In this document: in pieces, positions 28,031 to 32,000 of the stretch | Position numbering within the stretch: the first letter of the stretch is position 1 | Layout of the letters: each line of letters starts with the position of its first letter | Assembly (NCBI RefSeq): GCF_000283555.1 | Contig: NC_016012.1 | Location: forward strand, 630,001 to 662,000 | Source of the DNA: Candidatus Arthromitus sp. SFB-rat-Yit | GTDB lineage: Bacteria; Bacillota; Clostridia; Clostridiales; Clostridiaceae | Length of the DNA stretch: 32,000 nucleotides | Direction of reading: 5' to 3' | Translations under genes and position numbers: made by a program | The notes under the pieces: generated by a model | What the model was told of the DNA's origin: nothing | The model's database searches: none | What the model saw: the letters and a program-made list of their open reading frames with translations, nothing else

Positions 28031-28891
28031 ATGAATATAAATTGGTATCCAGGTCATATGTTTAAGACCAAAAAAGAGCTAAAGAGTATGATAAATTTAG
28101 TGGATCTTGTTATAGAAATAAGGGATGCGAGGGCAGTAATTTCTACTACAAATCCTGATATTGAAAGTTTGACTAATGGAAAACCGAAAATAATTGTTTT
28201 AAGCAAAGTTGATTTAGCTGATAAAGCTACAACTAGTAGATGGATTGAGCATTATAGGAAACAGGGAATCCCGTGTATAGATGTAGACATTATAAGAAAT
28301 AAAAATATTAAGCTTATTAAAGATCAAATTAATTATCTTATGAAATCTAAGCTTGATAGGTATAGGAGTAAAGGTGTTAAGAATTACACGTTAAGGGGAA
28401 TGATTTTGGGTATTCCAAATGTTGGAAAGTCGTCGCTTATAAATAAGATTTCTAATAATAAGGTAGCGAAGGTTGGGAATCGTCCTGGTGTTACAAAATC
28501 TAATCAATGGATTAAAACAAAATGGGATATAGATTTGTTAGATACCCCTGGGATTTTATGGCCTAAATTTGAAAGTCCGAATGTTGGATTTAATCTTGTT
28601 TACATTGGGTCGATAAGGGATGAGATTTTAGATATTCAAGAGGTTTGTTATAATATGCTTCAATATCTTTTGGAAAATTACAAAATGAATTTGGAAAATA
28701 CATATAAGGTTGATATGTCGGATGATGTGTCTAAGAGTTTAGATATTTTAGGTAAAAAGCTTGGTTGTTTATCAAAAGGATTTTTGATTGATTATGATAG
28801 GCTTTCACATATAATAATTGGAGATTTTAGATCTGGAAAGATTGGTAATATATCTCTTGAAGATCCTAAAGATTTGTTAAAAGAGGTATAG
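28031..28891 (+). CDS. rbgA: Ribosome biogenesis GTPase RbgA (YlqF)
   Basis: NINWYPGHMFKTKKEL, circularly permuted GTPase motifs (VLSKVDLAD, GIPNVGKSSLINKI, DTPGILWPK). The ORF-track start at 27959 (TTG) lies upstream of the hairpin and is rejected; ATG 28031 has agggag 9 nt upstream (ATG 28022 is possible). Confidence 0.93.
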   Translation: MNINWYPGHMFKTKKELKSMINLVDLVIEIRDARAVISTTNPDIESLTNGKPKIIVLSKVDLADKATTSRWIEHYRKQGIPCIDVDIIRNKNIKLIKDQINYLMKSKLDRYRSKGVKNYTLRGMILGIPNVGKSSLINKISNNKVAKVGNRPGVTKSNQWIKTKWDIDLLDTPGILWPKFESPNVGFNLVYIGSIRDEILDIQEVCYNMLQYLLENYKMNLENTYKVDMSDDVSKSLDILGKKLGCLSKGFLIDYDRLSHIIIGDFRSGKIGNISLEDPKDLLKEV

Positions 28892-28895
28892 GGAT

Positions 28896-29687
28896 ATGGA
28901 TTTTGGAAGTTTGACAGTTAATCAAATAAAAAGTTTTTTGAATGAAATTGAAATAACAAATGAAAATATTGCTGAAATCATAGATTCACTTTTGATGGAT
29001 TCGAGGTTATCTGTGAAGAAATTTGCAAAACAAATTGAAAACAGATATGAGATCATCAAGAATAATCAAATGATCAATGAAAAATTTTATGATTTTGATA
29101 GGGAATTTGTGCTTAGTAATGATTATGTTATAGCTGGATGTGATGAAGTAGGGCGTGGACCACTTGCTGGTCCTATTGTTTGTGCGTCAGTTGTTCTTGA
29201 TTTGTGTGATGAATCGAAAATTATAAATGATATTAATGATTCTAAGAAAATAAAGAGCAGAGAGTTTAGGAAAAATATTAGTGATAGGATAATGGAAAAA
29301 GCAAAACACTTCAAAATAATAGAGATATCGAATTATGAAATAGATAAGATTGGAATTGGTGAAGCGAATCAAAAAGGTTTTAGAGATTCAATATTAGGTC
29401 TTGGAGTAAAAATTGATTTAGTTTTGTCTGATGGGTATCCAGTGAAAAATTTGAATATTAAAAATGTTCATGTGATAAAGGGAGATACTAAGAGTGCGAG
29501 TATAATGTGTGCGTCAATTATTGCAAAAGTTTATAGAGATGAAATAATGTTTAAGTATCATGAAGAATTTCCTCAGTATGATTTTTTAAATAACGTTGGT
29601 TATGGCACTAAAAAGCATATTGATGCTATTAAAAAATTTGGGATATGTAAATATCATAGGAAGACATTTTTGAGGAGTTATGTTTGA
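28896..29687 (+). CDS. rnhB: Ribonuclease HII
   Basis: VIAGCDEVGRGPLAGPIVCASVVL, GDTKSASIMCASIIAKVYRDEIM, YDFLNNVGYGTKKHIDAI. Confidence 0.96.
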   Translation: MDFGSLTVNQIKSFLNEIEITNENIAEIIDSLLMDSRLSVKKFAKQIENRYEIIKNNQMINEKFYDFDREFVLSNDYVIAGCDEVGRGPLAGPIVCASVVLDLCDESKIINDINDSKKIKSREFRKNISDRIMEKAKHFKIIEISNYEIDKIGIGEANQKGFRDSILGLGVKIDLVLSDGYPVKNLNIKNVHVIKGDTKSASIMCASIIAKVYRDEIMFKYHEEFPQYDFLNNVGYGTKKHIDAIKKFGICKYHRKTFLRSYV

Positions 29688-29690
29688 TAT

Positions 29691-29718
29691 TGAAATTGTT
29701 TTGGAATAAGAATATAAT
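29691..29718 (+). promoter_or_regulatory. Putative sigma-A promoter for the OYE-like gene
   Basis: TTGAAA (29691-29696), 16 nt, TATAAT (29713-29718). Confidence 0.55.
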
Positions 29719-29772
29719 TCTTACATGTAAATTAATAAAGAAATAACAAATGTTATGAAGGTGGATTGAAAA

Positions 29773-30906
29773 ATGAATACAAAATATAATAATTTATTTA
29801 AGTCATTTACCTTTAAAAATGGCATTACGCTTAAAAATAGAATTGTTATGGCACCGATGACAACTTGGTCTAGTAACGATGATTGTACAGTTTCGGATGA
29901 AGAAGTAGATTATTATAGAGCTAGAGTTAATGGAGTAGGTCTTGTTATAACTGGTTGCACTTATGTGAAATCTAATGGAATAGGATTTTTAAATGAGTTT
30001 GCGGGTTATGATGATAAATTTATTCCAAGTTTGCGTAAGTTAGCAAGTGCTGCAAAAAGTGGTGGTGCTGCGGCAGTACTTCAAATTTTTCATGCTGGTA
30101 ATAAGGCTCTGCCTAATTTAGTTCCAAATGGTGATGTAGTTAGTGCTAGTTCTGTGAAAACTGAAGCAGGACCATTTTCACCAGCAATATTACCTAGAGA
30201 ACTTTCACATGAGGAAATTTTAGATATAATTGATTCATTTGGAGAAACTACTAGACGTGCAATTGAAGCTGGTTTTGATGGTATTGAGATTCATGGGGCA
30301 CATGGTTTTTTGGTTCAAAATTTTCTTTCCCCATTATTTAATATACGTAATGATGAGTGGGGTGGTTCTTTAGAAAAAAGGTTAAGTTTTCCGTTAGCAG
30401 TTGTAGACAAAATAAAGGATGTAATTAAAAAGTATGCCAAGAATCCTTTTATTTTGGGTTATAGAATTTCTCCTGAAGAGTCTGAAGAAGGAGGATTAAG
30501 AATAGGAGATACTTATGAATTAATCAATCGTCTTATTGGGGTAAATGTTGATTATATACATGTTTCATTACCTAGTGCTCTTGATTCTAGACCAATCGAT
30601 AATGAGAATGAAAAAACATATCTTGAATTAATTAATAAATGTGTAAATGGAAGAGTGCCAATAATGGTGGCTGGGTCTATGTTTACACCAGATAATGCTA
30701 TGGAAGCATTGAATAAAGGTGCATCTTTGGCAGCAATAGGACATGCTTTAGTTATGAATCCAGATTGGGTGGAAAAGGTTGAAAATGATAAAGAAAATGA
30801 GATTAGAATGTCAATTAATGCATCGAAGGTAAATGAACTTGTATTACCACAAAAATTATGGGGTGTACTTAAAAATTCAGTACCATGGTTTAATATTGAA
30901 GAATAG
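29773..30906 (+). CDS. NADH:flavin oxidoreductase / Old Yellow Enzyme family protein
   Basis: LKNRIVMAPMTTWSS, AAAVLQIFHAGNKA, AGFDGIEIHGAHGFLVQNFLSPLFNIRNDEWGGSLEKRLSFPLAVV, MVAGSMFTPDNAMEAL, AIGHALVMNPDWV. Confidence 0.93.
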   Translation: MNTKYNNLFKSFTFKNGITLKNRIVMAPMTTWSSNDDCTVSDEEVDYYRARVNGVGLVITGCTYVKSNGIGFLNEFAGYDDKFIPSLRKLASAAKSGGAAAVLQIFHAGNKALPNLVPNGDVVSASSVKTEAGPFSPAILPRELSHEEILDIIDSFGETTRRAIEAGFDGIEIHGAHGFLVQNFLSPLFNIRNDEWGGSLEKRLSFPLAVVDKIKDVIKKYAKNPFILGYRISPEESEEGGLRIGDTYELINRLIGVNVDYIHVSLPSALDSRPIDNENEKTYLELINKCVNGRVPIMVAGSMFTPDNAMEALNKGASLAAIGHALVMNPDWVEKVENDKENEIRMSINASKVNELVLPQKLWGVLKNSVPWFNIEE

Positions 30907-30947
30907 TATGTATTTTATAGATAAGATTTAGAATAATAAATTGATAT

Positions 30948-31310
30948 TTAAAAAATATTTTCAATGTAATTATAACTATATCTTTTGTTACCCCAAAATT
31001 TTATTTCCATTAAATCAAATTTGTATATGTTGTTGTGAAGATTGTTTATGGTTAAAAAATAATTTGCAGTGCATTTAATTCTAAATATTTTTTTGTTGTT
31101 AATTTGCTCTCGGGGTTCCGATATAAAATTATTTTTGAACATACACATACTTTTTACTTCAACAAATGATATAACATTATTTTTTAAACATATGATATCA
31201 ATCTCTCCTCTTTTTGATTTGAAATTTCTATTTATGACTTTAAAATTTTTGCTGAGTAGTACTTTTACAGCTAAATTTTCTCCAAGGTTTCCAATTTCTT
31301 TTGTTGTCAT
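30948..31310 (-). CDS. YraN/UPF0102 family endonuclease-like protein
   Basis: MTTKEIGNLGENLAVKVLLSKNFKVINRNFKSKRGEIDIICLKNNVISFVEVKSM. Minus-strand RBS taggagg. Confidence 0.92.
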   Translation of the reverse strand: MTTKEIGNLGENLAVKVLLSKNFKVINRNFKSKRGEIDIICLKNNVISFVEVKSMCMFKNNFISEPREQINNKKIFRIKCTANYFLTINNLHNNIYKFDLMEIKFWGNKRYSYNYIENIF

Positions 31311-31330
31311 TTAAAAAACGCCTCCTATTA

Positions 31331-32000
31331 TTAAGATTGTTGACATATTTTTAAAAAAATAACAGAAAAGGATACAAGTTTTTTTGTATCCTTTTCTGTT
31401 AAAAAGCTATCTCCTGTTTTGTAATCGATTGTTATTTCTGGTTGAACATTATACACAAAAACATTAAACATAACACCTTTTCCATTATCTTCAACAGACT
31501 TTGCTTCAATTTGAACCCCATTTGCAATAAGATTATTTTCTTCGAAAATTGGAGTAACTCTATAAAGCACATGGTTATCAGTTTTTTTCACATAATCACT
31601 AACCATATCTTCAAAAGGAAGCATTCCATCAACATTAAAATATCTTGTGCCTGTCATTAAATTTTTTTCATTTGCATTTTCAGCAGAAAGTTGAAATCCT
31701 ATAAGATGACATCTATTGTATAGAGATTTACCTTCAACTATATCATACTTTACGCTTTTCCATCCAGTAGGTTTAATATGTGATATATTTTTACGTTTTT
31801 CTGTCGGCATAATATCTTGTCCAATATTTGCAAATGCAACACCAACTCGTCCTAAATAATCCAAATCACTATATTTTTCAAATGATTTTGTTGTTAAATC
31901 TGATTGTGAAAAGAAGGGTACATTATTATTGATTTCTATGTATGGTTTCCCATTATATTCAGGGATTTCGTTTACATTAAAATTTTGAGTTATTTCATTT
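31331..32000 (-). CDS. DNA/RNA non-specific endonuclease, EndA/NucA DNA-entry nuclease-like; N-terminus beyond the window
   Basis: YNRCHLIGFQLSAENANEKNLMTGTRYFN catalytic region. My translation upstream of the ORF-track start (31864, TTG) stays open to the edge as ...NEITQNFNVNEIPEYNGKPYIEINNNVPFFSQSDLTTKSFEKYSDLD, so the CDS is edge-truncated. Confidence 0.9.
   Translation of the reverse strand, partial: NEITQNFNVNEIPEYNGKPYIEINNNVPFFSQSDLTTKSFEKYSDLDYLGRVGVAFANIGQDIMPTEKRKNISHIKPTGWKSVKYDIVEGKSLYNRCHLIGFQLSAENANEKNLMTGTRYFNVDGMLPFEDMVSDYVKKTDNHVLYRVTPIFEENNLIANGVQIEAKSVEDNGKGVMFNVFVYNVQPEITIDYKTGDSFLTEKDTKKLVSFSVIFLKICQQS
31361..31400 (-). terminator. Intrinsic terminator (minus strand) embedded in the 3' end of the nuclease ORF
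   Basis: AACAGAAAAGGATACAA / 6 nt loop / TTGTATCCTTTTCTGTT, 17 bp perfect stem, followed on the minus strand by ATTTTTTT. Confidence 0.85.

Noticed and set aside
31069-31660. Plus-strand ORFs at 31069-31314 and 31442-31660
   Set aside because: Antisense to yraN and the nuclease, both of which carry clear family motifs.
1-32000. CRISPR arrays, transposons, prophage genes, toxin-antitoxin or defence modules, rRNA/tRNA genes
   Set aside because: By eye I found no spaced direct repeats, transposase or integrase motifs, or RNA gene signatures. The yraN gene and the EndA-like nuclease are common chromosomal genes, not a defence system.

Overview
This 32 kb window is AT-rich chromosomal sequence from a spore-forming Firmicute. 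The gene order fits Clostridia, and a Candidatus Arthromitus (segmented filamentous bacteria)-like organism is plausible, but that is an inference I could not test. It reads as mostly ordinary core genome. From left to right: (i) the tail of a phosphonate/phosphate-ester ABC transporter (phnC fragment, two phnE permeases) tightly followed by a 5'-nucleotidase; (ii) an aldo/keto reductase and a MupG/DUF871 protein; (iii) a convergent fruK-fruA fructose PTS pair; (iv) a nusB-xseA-xseB-ispA-tlyA-nadK-argR-recN-spoIVB-spo0A run; (v) a small basic hypothetical gene on the minus strand, deoC and a GDSL esterase; (vi) smc-ftsY-ylxM-ffh-rpsP-rimM-trmD-rplS-rbgA-rnhB; (vii) an OYE-like oxidoreductase; (viii) minus-strand yraN and an EndA/NucA-like nuclease truncated by the window edge. 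I found no CRISPR array, rRNA or tRNA, transposase, phage module or convincing new multi-gene system. The signals worth a second look are small-scale: an overlapping sigma-H-like / 0A-box / sigma-A-like element upstream of spo0A; a consensus promoter whose -35 lies inside the ftsY terminator and would give ylxM an almost leaderless mRNA; a G7 tract used as the fruA Shine-Dalgarno; a terminator hairpin inside the annotated nuclease ORF, explained by a one-base homopolymer change; a hairpin/attenuator between rplS and rbgA; two unannotated microproteins (29 and 34 aa); and the local absence of dxs, khpA and rnc/acpP from otherwise conserved gene strings.
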